A stretch of 64,000 bases of DNA from positions 148,926,001-148,990,000 of the forward strand of contig NC_086097.1 in assembly GCF_963921235.1 (NCBI RefSeq). Reading direction: 5' to 3'. This document shows, in pieces, positions 24,627 through 37,300 of this stretch; positions within the stretch are counted from its first letter, which is position 1, and every line of letters starts with the position of its first letter. Origin of the DNA: Mobula hypostoma (lineage: Eukaryota). The position numbers and the translations under genes were made by a program. The notes beneath the pieces are model-generated. The model was not told the origin of the DNA. It saw nothing but the letters and a program-made list of their open reading frames with translations, and did not search any database.

Positions 24627-27325
24627 GTCCATGAGACATAGGAGCAGAATTAGGCTATCTGGCCCATGGAGTCTGCTCTGCCATTCAATCATGGCTGATC
24701 CTTTTTTTTCCTCCTCAACCCCATTTCCCAGCTGCTTCCCCGTAACCTTTGATGCCATGTCCAGTCAAGGGCCTATCAATCTCTGCCTTAAATACATCCA
24801 ACGACCTGGCCTCCATAGCTGCACGTGGCAATAAATTCCACAAATTCACCATCCTCTAGCTAAAGAAATTCCTCTGCATCTTTGTTTTGAATGGACGCCC
24901 CTCTATCCTCAGGCTGTGCCCTCTTCTAGACTCTTTCTGTCTAGGCCTTTCAACATTCAAAGGGTTTCAATGAGATCCCCGCCCCTCTCATCCTTCTGAA
25001 TTCCAGCAAGTACAGACCCAGAGTTATCAAATGTACCTTGTATGATATCCCTTTCATTCCTGGAATCATCCTTGTGAACCTCCTCTGGACCCTCTCCAAT
25101 GCCAGTACATCCTTTATAAGATGAGGGGCCCAAAATTGTACACAATACTCAAGGTGAGGTCTCAGCATCACATTCCTGCTCTTGTATTTTTGACCTCCTG
25201 AAATGAATGCTAACATTGCATTTGCCTTCCTCAACACCAACTCAACCTGCAACTTAACCTTCAGGGTGTTCTGCATAAGGACTCCCAAGTCCCTTTGCGT
25301 CTCAGATTTTTGGATTTTCTTCCCATTTAGAAAATAGTCTGTACATTTATTTCCTCCACCAAAGTGCATAACCATGCATTTTCCAACATTATATTTCAAT
25401 TGCCTTTCTTGTCCATTCTCCTAATCTGTTTTAAGTCCTTCTGCATCCTACCTGTTTCCTCAACGCTACCTGCATCTCTACCAATCTTCATATCCTCTGT
25501 AAACTAGGCAACAAAGCCATCTATTTCGTCATCTAAATCATTGATACACAGCATAAAAAGAAGTGGTCCCAACACTGACCCCTCTGGAACACCACTAGTC
25601 ACTGGCAGCCAACCAGACAAGGATCCTTTTATTCCCACTGGCTGCCTTCTTCCAATCAGCCAATGCTCTAACCATGTTAGTAACTTTACTGTAATACCAT
25701 GGGCTCTTAACTCGGTAAGCAACCTCATGTGTGGCACCTTGGCATTCTGAAAGTCCAAATGTACAACATCCATTACATCCCATTTATCCTGCTTGTAATG
25801 TCCTCAAAGAATTCCAGCGGGTTCATCAGGCAGGATTTTCCCTTAAGGAAACCATGCTGACTTTGTCCAATCTCGTCCTGTGTCACCAAGTACTCCATCA
25901 CCTCATCCTTAGCAATTGACTAACATCTTTCCAAACCCTGAGATCAGGCTAACTGGTCTACAATTTCCTTTCTGCTGCCTTCCTCCTTTCTTAAAAAGTG
26001 AAGGGACCTTTGCAATTTTTCAGTCCTCTGGCACCAATGATATTTGAAAGATCATTTCTAATGCTGCCACAATCTCTAACGCTACCTCTTTCAGAATCCT
26101 AGGATGCAGTTCATCTGGTCCAAGTGACTTGGGTCTTCCAGCTTTTTGAGCACCTCCCTTGTAATAGTAACTGCACCCACTTCTCTTCCTTCATGGCCTG
26201 TGACCATCAAACTTTACAACTCCTCCCTTGGAGGGTCAGACACCCTGAGCCAATAGGCTGGTCCTGGACTTATTTCATAATTTACTGGCATAATTTACAT
26301 ATTACTATTTAACTATTTATGGTTCTATTACTATTTACTATTTATGGTGCAACTGTAACGAAAACCAATTTTCCCCGGGTTCAATAAAGTATGACTATGA
26401 CTATACACTATAACATCTGGCATACTGAAAACTGATGTAAAATTCTCATTTTGTCCTCCGTTATTATTTCTCCTGCCTCATTTTCTAGCGGTCCTGTATC
26501 CACTCTCATCTTTTATTTTTTACATACTTGAAAAAGCTTTCTATCCATTTTGATATTATTTGCTAGCTTGCTTTCATATTTCATCTTTTCCCTTTGAATG
26601 ATTCTTTTAGGTGCTCTCTGTAGGTTTTTTAAAACTTCCCAATCCTCTATCTTCCCACTAACTTTTGCTTCGTTGGGTGCCCTCTCTTTTGTTTTTACAT
26701 TGGCTTTGACTTCCCTTGTCGGCCATGGTTGTACTATTTTGCCATTTGAGTATTTCTTCATTTTTGGAATACACACGTCCTGCACCTTCATCTTTTCCCA
26801 GAAAGGCATGCCATTACTGCTCTGCTGACATCCCTGCCAGCATCTTCCAATTTACTTTGGCGAATTACTCTCTCATACCACTGTAATTTCCCTTACTCTG
26901 CTGAAATGCTGCTACGTCAGACTTTACTTTCTCCCTATCAATTTCAAGTTGACCTCAATCATATCTGTGATCACTGGTTCCTAAGGGTCCTTTTACCTTA
27001 ATCTCCCTGATTGCCTCTGGTTCATTACATAACACCCAATCCAGTATAGCTGATCCCCAAGTAGGCTCAACAACAAACTGCTCTAAAAAGCCATCTCTCA
27101 GGCATTCAACAAACTCGCTGTCTTGAGATCCATTTGCAACCTGATTTTCCCAATCGACCTGCATGTTAAAATCTCCCATGACTTTGTCCTTTTGACACGC
27201 CTTTTCTATTTCCTATTGTAATCTGTGGTCCATCTCCCAGCCACTGTTGGGAGGCCTGTATATAACTACCATCAGGGTTCTTCTACCCTTGTGGTTTATT
27301 AACCCAACCCACAGGGATTCAACAG
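24627..27325 (-). mobile_element. Degenerate CR1 LINE ORF2 (endonuclease to 3' tail), with a small LINE-tail insert at about 26200-26405
   Basis: [39 protein letters not shown] in ORF fragments 24950..27179. Confidence 0.85.
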
Positions 27326-27650
27326 GTCCTGCAGCATCTATGGAGGAGAATAAACATTTGATGTTTTGGGCTGAGACCCTTCAACTGGACTGAAGAGAAA
27401 GCGGTAAAGAAGCCAGAATAATAGGTGTGGGGAAGAGAAAGATATGCTGGCAGGTGTTAAGTGAAACTCACCCATTCTCCTTCCCTCTCACCTCGTATCA
27501 CCTGCCAGCTTGTACTCCTTTCCCTCCCCCACCTTATTTTGGCTTCTTCCATCTTCCTATCCAGTCCTGATGAAGGCTCTTGGCCTAAAACATTAACTGT
27601 TTATTTCCCTCCATAGATGTTGAATGACCTACTAAATTCCTCCTGCAATT
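27325..27650. mobile_element. Two oppositely oriented degenerate Penelope pseudo-LTR fragments
   Basis: - copy at about 27330-27470 and + copy at about 27470-27650 with cagtcctgatgaagg...aaaacattaactgt. Confidence 0.65.
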
Positions 27651-27699
27651 TATTTATGATACTCAAGATTTTTTGTATCTGTATTTGGAAATATGACGT

Positions 27700-28425
27700 A
27701 GTGCTCATGAACCTTTCAGAAATCTGATGGCAGAAGAGAAGAAGCTGTTCTTGAAAGGTTGAGTGTGGGTCTTCAGGCTCCTGTACCTCATTCCCAATTG
27801 GTAATAATGAGAAGAGGGCGTGTCCCAGGTAATGATGGATGCTGCCTTCTCGAGACATTGCTTCTTGGAGAAATCCTTGATGGTGGGGAGGGTTGTGCCT
27901 GTGCTAGAACTGACTGAGTCCTCAACCCTTTGATGTCTGTTTCAATGCCACACAATAGAGTCTCTATATCAGGTGGTGATGTTGCCAGTCAGAATGCTCT
28001 CACCGATGCATCTGTAGAAATTTGTAACTGTTTGGTGATGTACCAAATCACCTCAAACCTATGGCAAAGTAGAGCCACTGGCATGCCTTTATCTTGTGTC
28101 CACATGCTGGGCGCAAGATAGACCCTCGAGATGCCCAGAAACTTGAAGATGTTCACCCTTTCCATTGCTGAACCCTCAGTGAGGCAGGTGCATGTTCTCC
28201 CAACTTCTCCTTCCTAAAATCTACTATCAATTGCTTGGTCTTGGTGGCATTAAGTGCGAAGTTGTCATTGTAACAACAATCAAACAGTCAATATATCTCA
28301 CCTCTGTAATGCCACCTCATTGCCATCTGAGATTCTGCCAACCACAATGGTGTCATCAGCAAACTCGTAGACGGCATTTAAACTGTCTAGCCACAACATC
28401 ATGAGTATAGAGAGGGTAGAGCATT
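27700..28425 (-). mobile_element. Degenerate Rex1/Babar LINE 3' part
   Basis: GHALFSLLP motif in 27601..27858; similar to 58078-58610 and 42333-42900. Confidence 0.7.
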
Positions 28426-29142
28426 AAAACAGGATAATTATGGCTGATTTGCTAGATGTGTGTACAGTTGTACTTTCTATTGAAGGAGGGATCTAGAACA
28501 AAGAAACATAATTCTAAAATTAAATCAGAGGTTTAAAACAAATGTTCATTCAGCCATTGGGTTAATGATTATAGAAACTACTTCATGCTATTCCAATGTT
28601 GTAGATATGCATAGTTTAAAAAGTAGGAACTGTGCAAGGTCATTAGGATTTTATTAGTCTGGAAGTGTAAACACTAGCATGCGCTGGTTGGATAGCATAG
28701 GTTTTATAAACTGACATTTCTATATATTTTAACAAAATTAGTTTTACAAGAACTCTTTAATTTGTAGCTTTACATAATTGAGACACAAAACTGCAGATTC
28801 TGGAATTTGGAACAACAAAGAAACTGCTGGAAGAACTCACATTTCATTCATATTTTGTGTGTGTGGGGAGAGGTTAGTTAGGAAGGAATTATTGACATTT
28901 TTAGTTGACATCTTGAGAATTACTGTTCTTTTGTGGTCCTGTCTCCCACATCTCTCAGGCCCTGCGACTTTGTGTGAGAAGAACCTCAGACAACATAAAA
29001 AGACCTTAAGGACTTGACAAAATCCTTTATAACTGATAAAGTACTTTGGATTGTACTGACTGTTATGAAGTACTTTGGAGCGTTGATTGTTATAAAGTAG
29101 AGCAATTACGCAGCTATTTTGCAAACAATAAGTTCCCATTAC

Positions 29143-29780
29143 ACAAACACGAGGAAATCTGCAGATGCTGGAAATTCAAGCAACACACACAAAATGCTGG
29201 TGGAATGCATCAGGCCAGGCAGCACCCATAGGAAGAAGCACAGTTGACGTTTCGGGCCAAGACCCTTCGCCAGGACTAACTGAAAGAAGAGATAGTAAGA
29301 GACTTGAAAGTGGGAGGGGGAGGGGGAGACCAGAAATGATAGGAGAAGACAGGAGGGGAGGGATGGAGCCAAGAGCTGGAAAGTTGATTGGCAAAAGGGA
29401 TACAAGGCTGGAGAAGGGAGAGGATCATGAGATGGGAGGCCTAGGGAGAAAGAAAAGGGGAGGGGAGCACCAGAGGAAGATATAGTGACAGGGAGAGAGG
29501 GAGAAAAAAGAGAGAGAAAGAAAGGGGAAGATGAAGCCACACTCAGATTGGCCTCCTCTACTGTCAAGATGAAGCCACACTCAGGTTGGAGGAAGAACAC
29601 CTTATATTCCGTCTGGGTAGCCTCCAACCTGATGGCATGAACATTGATTTCTCTAACTTTCGTTAATGCCCTTCCTCCCCTGCTTACCCGATCCCTTATT
29701 TATTTATTTATTATTTTTAAAAATGTTTTCCCCCTTTCTCTTTTTTCTCCCTCTGTCCCTCCCTCTGTCCCTCTTTTTAT
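29143..29780. mobile_element. Penelope-like element: inverted pseudo-LTR plus 3' end
   Basis: 29143-29530 matches 7872-8200; 29530-29780 matches about 205-410. Confidence 0.85.
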
Positions 29781-30555
29781 AGATTGAGAGATAATCGTTG
29801 GCTGGGCCAAAACAACAAGCTTCCTTTTTTTTCCTTCAATCAATGGGACTACATCCACCCACCAGAGAGGATGCTTGGAACCTCTGTCTTACATAACAAA
29901 AGGCAACACTTTCAGTGCTGCATTGGTGTGTCATGCTATATTTTTGCAGTGGCATTTAAACTGAGAATATTCCGACACAGAAGCATGGATGCTGCCTACT
30001 GAATCACAACTGGCACACTGGTTTGTACACACTTAATCCACAATATTTTACTAAAGGTTCTTAATTTTTTTTGCACTTTGGGTTACTCTTTATATTCTAC
30101 ATTGCCTTCAATATAGAATATAAAAAGTACATGTTTACAATGGATTTTGCCAATATTAACTCATCAACCTGACAATCCCCAAACTAACTACTGGGTTTTC
30201 TCTCCCTCAGAATATTCTGATGCTTTCTGATAAACACTTTCAAATCATTGAATTCTCTAATGTTTAAATGATGAAATAAACAAACCATTTTCCTTCTGCA
30301 AAATAGTTCCTACTCCTTCACGGTATCAACCGGCCATTTTTGAAGGAATCCTGAAAAGTAAGTAGCACTAAAATAGAGCAGATAAGCCAATCCACAACAT
30401 GTAGTTTGTATCCATTTATTCTTATTTGATAGTGGCTTGTGGGTGTCACTCCCAGGGCTATCAGTTACGCCATTCTCAAATTCCCATTCAGTCATGGCGG
30501 AGAGCCACTACCTTGAAGGTACCCACATGGTACTTTTGGATAAAGAATTGGAATA

Positions 30556-31057
30556 TGGTGGATTCAGATTAATTGGAACACATCAGGATCAGTACATTTA
30601 GGCCCAATTAAGCGATTGCCCCAATTCACTGAAGTTTCATGGAATAGTTAAAAATGTACGAAAGAAAACACAAATACCATTTAGCTAAGTAACAATGTAT
30701 ATTCAAATGTAATGCAGAACAAATTAAAACACTACCGTACCATACAACTAGTAGTTACTAAGTTATTGACAGTATGCTGCTGCATTCTTTGATTGACTGT
30801 AAAAGAACATTTAGACACTTAGCACAGTTGATGGACTGCTTTCATACAATGCATCCTTTAAATCTTCAATTTCATTGTAACATTCATGATGATCATTGAT
30901 ACCAACAAATTCTTTGTAGTTTCTAACTTGTTGAAGTAGTGAAATTGTTTCATTTTCACTCCCAGCGTTTCTGACATCTCCAACCCTGAATGCTTGAAAC
31001 TGCAGTGAGCAAAATAGTTCTGCATTGTGTTACTGCTTATTTCTTGCCAACTATCAA
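30556..31057. mobile_element. Tigger/pogo-like MITE, left half (split by the Rex1 LINE)
   Basis: ta|tggtggattcagattaattgg is the degenerate inverse of ctattaaactaaattcacta|ta at 46148-46169; shared cccaaWtaagYgRYtgYc subterminal motif. Confidence 0.6.
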
Positions 31058-31488
31058 AGTTCGAAGTAAATTTATTATCAAAGTACATATACAATCTCAA
31101 GGTTCATTTTCTTTCAGGCATACACAATAAATTCAAGAAACGCAACAGAGGCAATGAAAGACAACAGCCAATACAGAAAGGACAACTGTGCGAATATGAA
31201 AGAGAAAAATAAATAAATAAATAAATAAACAGACAAACAAACAAACAAACAAGCAAGCAAACAGTGAATATTGAGAACATGAGATGAAGAGTCCTACAAA
31301 GTGAGTCCATAGATTATAGGAACAGTTTAGTTATGGGGCAAGTGAAGTTATTACCCCCCCCCCACCGGTTCAAGACCTGATGGTTGAGGGGTAATAATTG
31401 TTCCTGTATCTGATAGTGTGGGTCCTGAGGCTCTTGTACCACCTTCCTAATGGCATCAGTGAGAAGAGAGCATAGCCTGGGTGGTAGG
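31058..31488 (-). mobile_element. Rex1/Babar LINE 3' end (continues at 42333 beyond the provirus)
   Basis: gagcatagcctgggtggtagg joins ggtctttgatgatggatgcagc, matching the uninterrupted copy near 58400-58445. Confidence 0.8.
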
Positions 31489-31905
31489 TGTTAGGGCATA
31501 TTCTGGTTTTAGGGTATAGAGCAAAATATTAACTTAAGCAACTAACTTCAACAATCTTTCGACCTCAACGTGAGTCATAGATTAAATTTAAAATACAGCC
31601 TTTGACTATAGGTTCCTAGAGCGTGGACAGCAGGTAATTGGAAAACCAGACAATCCTGAATAACATTCATTTTGGGAGTTTGGAGTGTGGGTGCAAAGAA
31701 GAAGGTGCGAAAATTATATGTAATTCAAAGGAAGCATTGTAGATACATTGTAATTATAGAATTGTCCTTCGATCTTTATCATGTAAAATGTCATGTGGTA
31801 TTGGGTCGAACAGGCCTTTTCCTTCAGAGAGTGTCTCATTTTTTCAAAAAAGAAATATATCTACCAGAGCTGCATCTTTTCGGTGATTTTGTTCACATTA
31901 CAATA
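31489..31905 (+). repeat. 5' LTR
   Basis: TGTTA...TTACAATA; aligns with 41426-41465 plus 41946-42327 at roughly 80% by eye. Confidence 0.92.
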
Positions 31906-31907
31906 TT

Positions 31908-31925
31908 TGGGGGCTTGTCCAGGAC
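31908..31925 (+). promoter_or_regulatory. Primer-binding site, tRNA-Pro type
   Basis: TGGGGGCTTGTCCAGGAC, 15/18 match to the canonical tRNA-Pro PBS TGGGGGCTCGTCCGGGAT, 2 nt after the LTR. Confidence 0.85.
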
Positions 31926-32309
31926 ACTTTTGTGTGGCCAGAGATTTCATCAGTTTAAGTAAGTGAGTATTTTTAAAATTAGCGTTCACACTCAGACCTG
32001 TTCAAGTCAGTGGCTGCGGGATCACAAGGTATCAGAGACACTGTGCAGAGCTCAACTGGTAGATATAAAAGTAGTGTGTGTGTGTGTGTGTGTATGTGTG
32101 TTTATGCAAGAGACTAAATGTTTGTGTGTTAATTTGGTGAGATAGAACCACCAGTTGCGAAGGATGGTTATTGACGGCTTGGTATACCAGTGTATTTACC
32201 CATACCAGAAACTGTATTTTAGCAGATACATTTGCAAGAGTGTCTGTGTTTTAATAATACATCTATAACCTTGGTGTAACAGTTAGATGCAAAGGAATAG
32301 AACAGACAT

Positions 32310-33280
32310 TATGAATTCAGGCACATTGCAGATTGCAGAGAATATTCTCAGTGATTCGAAGGGTGCACTGTTTAACTTGTACCTGTCACTTATATTTTGT
32401 GTAGTGTGAGAATTAATATGGAGATATTTCAGGGAGAGATTTTACCAAGATAGATCAGTTGGGATGGCACCAATCGAGCTCAAGCAACATCAGGTCAAGA
32501 ACCCTGATGACCCGAGCTAGTGCTTGACTTTGATTGTGACCATCCATAAGACCTTCACCCCTGGGAAGAAGCAGAGCATTTCCAAGGCATTTCCTGCAGG
32601 AATGCAGAATTCTGGCGTAAGGTCGAGGAAATGATTGAAATTCACTAGGTGCATCCTAAAGATATCCATGTGTTGGTAAAAGCGAAGTGCCTGAGGAATA
32701 TGTAGGACAGTATGACCCAGGAGGTTGCAGGATGGTACCTGGGCAACTACCGGGAATGCCAACAATGAAGCAAGATATCACTTCTTTTAGGAGGAAGTGA
32801 AGCAATGACAGGGAGGGAGTTGAAAGTAACTTGGGAATGATAATGTCAGTAGTTTACAGAGCTGATGAACCCGCCATTGATTATGCAGAACATGAATATC
32901 AAGTGTATGAGGAGTATTCCAGGTTGGATAATCTAGGGAGGGATAACCCAGTCTTCCTGAAAATGCCAAAGGAAGGCCTGAGCTCAGCCCATCAGGAAGT
33001 TTTAGATTTAGGGATAGTGGTGGGAACAACCTAATCTGGATTAGTATCATGGGCCAGTAAGATAGACCAGACGAGGGAGAAGAGAAGTTATAAAGTGACT
33101 TCAGTGAATGTAACTGCTGTAGCATCATAGAGAATTTGCTTTTTGTGCCAGCAGCTCAGGCATGCAGCAAGAATGCTGGAATAGATATGAGAAGGTAAAG
33201 GAGAAGATTTGATACAGCTGCAGCTTCTCAGGCCTTGGTTGGAGACAATGCCCTGAAAAAAAAGAGGGAACTGTGAAAAT
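32310..33280 (+). pseudogene. gag: ERV gag remnant (capsid, MHR-like segment, CCHC knuckle)
   Basis: EFWRKVEEMIEIH*VHPKDIHVLVKAKC; RADEPAIDYAEHEYQVYEEY (MHR-like); frameshifted CFLCQQ-GHAAR-C at 33137-33176. Confidence 0.7.
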
Positions 33281-33499
33281 CAATCATCAAAGCAGGCAGA
33301 ATCCACAGCAGTGCACTTGGCTTTCACTAGGGTGAAGGTCTTATGAATGGTCACAATCAAAGTCAAGCGCTGGCTCGGGTCATTAGGCTTCTCGACCTGA
33401 CGTTGCTTTACCTCAATCGGTTTGGCTGCTGACCAGATTATAGAGTTGGTGAGGTCAGACAAATGGCTTATGCCATCCTCTATTACTATTGGTGGTCAT

Positions 33500-33805
33500 C
33501 CATTAATGTACACAAGAGGTTTATTAGGGGGCGGGCGATGTTGCAGTAAACTTTAGTGGAGATAGGGTCTTCAGTATCCAGAACTGATCTACTCTCTGCC
33601 TATAATTGGAGAAGCGATTTACATTACCTGTGCAAGAGGTGAAACAATGAAGGAGGACAGAAGTCAACACCAGCTACTTGAGACTGAGGGAGCGCAGCTG
33701 CATGTAGGTTTTTGTGCGTGCCCAAACAATGAAGGTAGTATCCTGGGGTAGATACACTGAGTGAAGCAGGTGCTATCAGTGACTCAGGAAAAGGAGAAAT
33801 AACAG
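33500..33805 (+). pseudogene. pro: ERV aspartic protease remnant
   Basis: LVEIGSSVS at 33553-33579 (decayed LVDTG-type active site) and SILG-DTLSEAGA C-terminal motif. Confidence 0.65.
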
Positions 33806-33876
33806 GGACAGCAAACGTGTGTCCCGCAAAGCAGCTAACATGGCCCACAGGGAGACAGCAGCACCAAGCATGGAGA

Positions 33877-36800
33877 AGAACATAGAACATAGAATAGTAC
33901 AGCACAGTACAGCCCCTTCGGCCCACAATGTTGTGCCAACCCTCAAACCGGGCCTCCCATATAACCTCCCACCTTAAATTCCTCCGTATACCTGTCTAGT
34001 AGTCTCTTAAACTTCACCAGTGTATCTGCCTCCACCACTGACTCAGGCAGTGCATTCCACGCACCAACCACACTCTGAGTAAAAAACTCTCCTCTAATAT
34101 CCCCCTTGAACTTCCCACCCCTTACCTTAAAGCCATGTCCTCTTGTATTGAGCAGTGGTGCCCTGGGGAAGAGGTGCTGGCTATCCACTCTATCTATTCC
34201 TCTTATTATCTTGTACACCTCTATCATGTCTCCTCTCATCCTCCTTCTCTCCAAAGAGTAAAGCCCTAGATCCCTTAATCTTTGATCATAATCCATACTC
34301 TCTAAACCAGGCAGCATCCTGGTAAATCTCCTCTGTACCCTTTCCAATGCTTCCACATCCTTCCTATAGTGAGGTGACCAGAACTGGACAAAATACTCCA
34401 AGTGTGGCCTAACCAGAGTTTTATAGAGCTGCATCATTACCTCGCAACTCTTAAGCTCTATCCCTCGACTTATGAAAGCTAACACCCCATAAGCTTTCTT
34501 AACTACCCTATCTACCTGTGAGGCAACTTTCAGGGATCTGTGGACAGGTACCCCCAGATCCCTTTGCTCCTCCACACTACCAAGTATCCTGCCATTTACA
34601 TTGTACTCTGCCTTGGAGTTTGTCCTTCCAAAGTGTACCACCTCACACTTCTCCGGGTTGAACTCTATCTGCCACTTCTCAGCCCACTTCTGCATCCTAT
34701 CAATGTCTCTCTGCAATCTTTGACAATCCTCTACACTATCTACAACACCACCAACCTTTGTGTCATCTGCAAAATTGCCAACCCACCCTTCTACCCCCAC
34801 ATCCAGGTCGTTAATAAAAATCATAAAAAGTAGAGATCCCAGAACAGATCCTTGTGGGATACCACTAGTCACAACCCTCCAATCCGAATGTACTCCCTCC
34901 ACCACGACCCTCAGCTCTCTGCAGGCAAGCCAATTCTGAATCCACCTGGCCAAACTTCCCTGCATCCCATGCCTTCTGACTTTCTGAATAAGCCTACCGT
35001 GTGGAACCTTGTCAAATGCCTTACTAAAATCCATATAGATCACATCCACTGCACTACCCTCATCTATATGCCTGGTCACCACCTCAAAGAACTCTATCAG
35101 GCTTGTTAGACATGATCTGCCCTTCACAAAGCCATGTTGACTGTCCCTGATCAGACCATGATTCTCTAAATGCCCATAGATCCTATCTCTAAGTATCTTT
35201 TCCAACCGCTTTCCCACCACAGACATAAGGCTCACTGGTCTATAATTACCCGGAATATCCCTACTACCTTTTTTGAACAAGGGGTCAACAATCACCTCCC
35301 TCCAATCCTCCAGTACCATTCCCGTGGACAACGAGGACATAAAGATCCTAGCCAGAGGCTCAGCAATCTCTTCCCTCACCTCGTGGAGCAGCCTGGGGAA
35401 TATTCCGTCAGGCCCTGGGGACTTATCTGTCCTAATGTATTTTAACACCTCCAGCACCTCCTCTCCCTTAATATCAACATGCTCCAGAAAATCAACCTCA
35501 CTCATATTGTCCTCACCACCATCAAGTTCCCTCTCATTGGTGAATACCGAAGAGAAGTATTCATTGAGGACCTCGCTCACTTCCACAGCCTCCAGGCACA
35601 TCTTCCCACCTTTATCTCTAATTGGTCCTACCTTCACTCACATCATCCTTTTGTTCCTCACATAATTGAAGAATGCCTTGGGGTTTTCCTTTACCCTACT
35701 CGCCGAGGTCTTCTCATGCCTCCTTCTTGCTCTTCTCAGCCCCTTCTTAAGCTCCTTTCTTGCTACCCTATATTCCTCAATAGACCCATCTGATCCTTGC
35801 TTCCTAAACCTCATGTATGCTGCCTTCTTCCACCTGACTAGATTCTCCACCTCAGTAGCCACCCATGGTTCCTTCACCCTACCATTCTTTATCTTCCTCA
35901 CGGGGACAAATTTATCCCTAACATCCTGCAAGAGATCCCTAAACATCAACCACATGTCCATAGTACATTTCCCTGCAAAAACATCATTCCAATTCCCACC
36001 CGCAAGTTCTAGCCTTATAGCCTCATAATTTGCCCTTCCCCAATTAAAAATTTTCCTGTCTTCTCTGATTTTATCCTTTTCCATGATAATGCTAAAGGCC
36101 AGGGAGCAGTGGTCACTGTCCCCCAGATGCTCACCCACTGAAAAATCTGTGACCTGACCTGGTTCGTTACCTAATATTAGATCTAGTATGGCATTCCCCC
36201 AGTCGGCCTGTCAACATACTGTGACAGGAATCCGTCCTGGACACACTTAACAAACTCTGCCCCATCCAAACCTTTGGAATTAATCAGGTGCCAATCAATA
36301 TTAGGGAAGTTAAAGTCACCCATGATAACAACCCTGTTATTTTTGCACCTTTCCCAAATCTGCCTCCCAATCTGCTCCTCGGTATCTCTGCTGCTACCAG
36401 GGGGCCTATAGAATACTTCCAACGGAGTACCTGCTCCCTTCCTGTTCCTGACTTCCTCCCATACTGACTCAAAAGGGGATTCTGCTACATTACCCACCCT
36501 TTCTGTAGCTGTAATAGTATCCTTGACCAGTAATGCCACCCCTCCTCCCCTTTTTTCCCCCTCTCTATCCCTTTTAAAGCACTGAAATCCAGGAATACTG
36601 AGAATCTATTCCTGCCCTGGTGGCAGCCAAGTCTCCGTAATGGCCACTGCATCATAATTCCATGTATGTATCCAAGCTGTCAGTTCATCACCTTTGTTCC
36701 AGATGCTTCTTGCATTGAGGTACACACACTTCAGCCCTTCTACCTTACTGTCTTTACACTGTTTATTCTGCTTCTCTTTCCTCAAAGCCTCTCTATATGT

Positions 36801-37094
36801 TAGATCTGGCTTTACTCCATGCACTTCTTTCACTGCTCTATCGCTCTGGGTCCCATCCCCCTCGCAAATTAGTTTAAACCCTCCCGAACCATGCTAGCAA
36901 ACCTACCTGCAAGGATATTGCTCCCCCTCGAGTTCAGGTGCAACCCATCCAATCTGTACAGGTCCCACCTTCCCCAGAAGAGATCCCAATGATCCAAAAA
37001 TCTAAAACCCTGCTCCCTGCACCAACTCCTCAGCCACGCATTCAACTGGCATCTCCTCCAATTCTTATCATCACTATCACATAGCACTGGCAGC
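33877..37094 (-). mobile_element. Young CR1 LINE inserted in ERV pol (ORF1 end plus nearly full ORF2)
   Basis: (aacatag)n tail; ORFs 36869..37087 (DGLHLN), 36183..36539 (YRPP, MGDFNFP), 35638..36138 (GDSDH), 33943..35637. Confidence 0.95.
33943..35637 (-). CDS. CR1 ORF2 reverse transcriptase domain (open 564 aa; upstream part disrupted)
   Basis: KSPGPDG, NYRPVSL, QHGF, DFSKAFDKVPH, GIPQGSVLG, FADD. Confidence 0.9.
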   Translation of the reverse strand: MKVGPIRDKGGKMCLEAVEVSEVLNEYFSSVFTNERELDGGEDNMSEVDFLEHVDIKGEEVLEVLKYIRTDKSPGPDGIFPRLLHEVREEIAEPLARIFMSSLSTGMVLEDWREVIVDPLFKKGSRDIPGNYRPVSLMSVVGKRLEKILRDRIYGHLENHGLIRDSQHGFVKGRSCLTSLIEFFEVVTRHIDEGSAVDVIYMDFSKAFDKVPHGRLIQKVRRHGMQGSLARWIQNWLACRELRVVVEGVHSDWRVVTSGIPQGSVLGSLLFMIFINDLDVGVEGWVGNFADDTKVGGVVDSVEDCQRLQRDIDRMQKWAEKWQIEFNPEKCEVVHFGRTNSKAEYNVNGRILGSVEEQRDLGVPVHRSLKVASQVDRVVKKAYGVLAFISRGIELKSCEVMMQLYKTLVRPHLEYFVQFWSPHYRKDVEALERVQRRFTRMLPGLESMDYDQRLRDLGLYSLERRRMRGDMIEVYKIIRGIDRVDSQHLFPRAPLLNTRGHGFKVRGGKFKGDIRGEFFTQSVVGAWNALPESVVEADTLVKFKRLLDRYTEEFKVGGYMGGPV

Positions 37095-37300
37095 TACATG
37101 ATGGTGACAGGGCAATAGGTGGGAACCACGTCAGGAGGTCCCAAGGGGAGGGGTCGAGCACAGTCAGGAGCTGTTAGAAGTAGTGCAACTGCCTGAGGGG
37201 GTAGCAGTGATTAATGTAAAGACTCACCGGAAGAGGGGTAGTAAGGAGCAGAAGGGGATCAGTGTGAGGAGGCCAGTGGAAGAACAAGAAGTCAAAGAAA
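37095..37300 (+). pseudogene. pol: ERV RNase H C-terminal remnant
   Basis: QELLEVVQLPEGVAVINVKTHRKRGSKEQKGI resembles retroviral LLEAVxLPxxVAVIxxxxH...GN. Confidence 0.75.

Noticed and set aside
32074..32100. (TG)n tract in the ERV leader and (AAAT/AAAC)n at 31206-31262
   Set aside because: Ordinary microsatellites with no evidence of function
33943..35637. Idea that the CR1 RT functionally replaces the missing retroviral RT
   Set aside because: It is antisense to pol, has its own LINE tail, and is far less decayed than the provirus, so it is a later insertion
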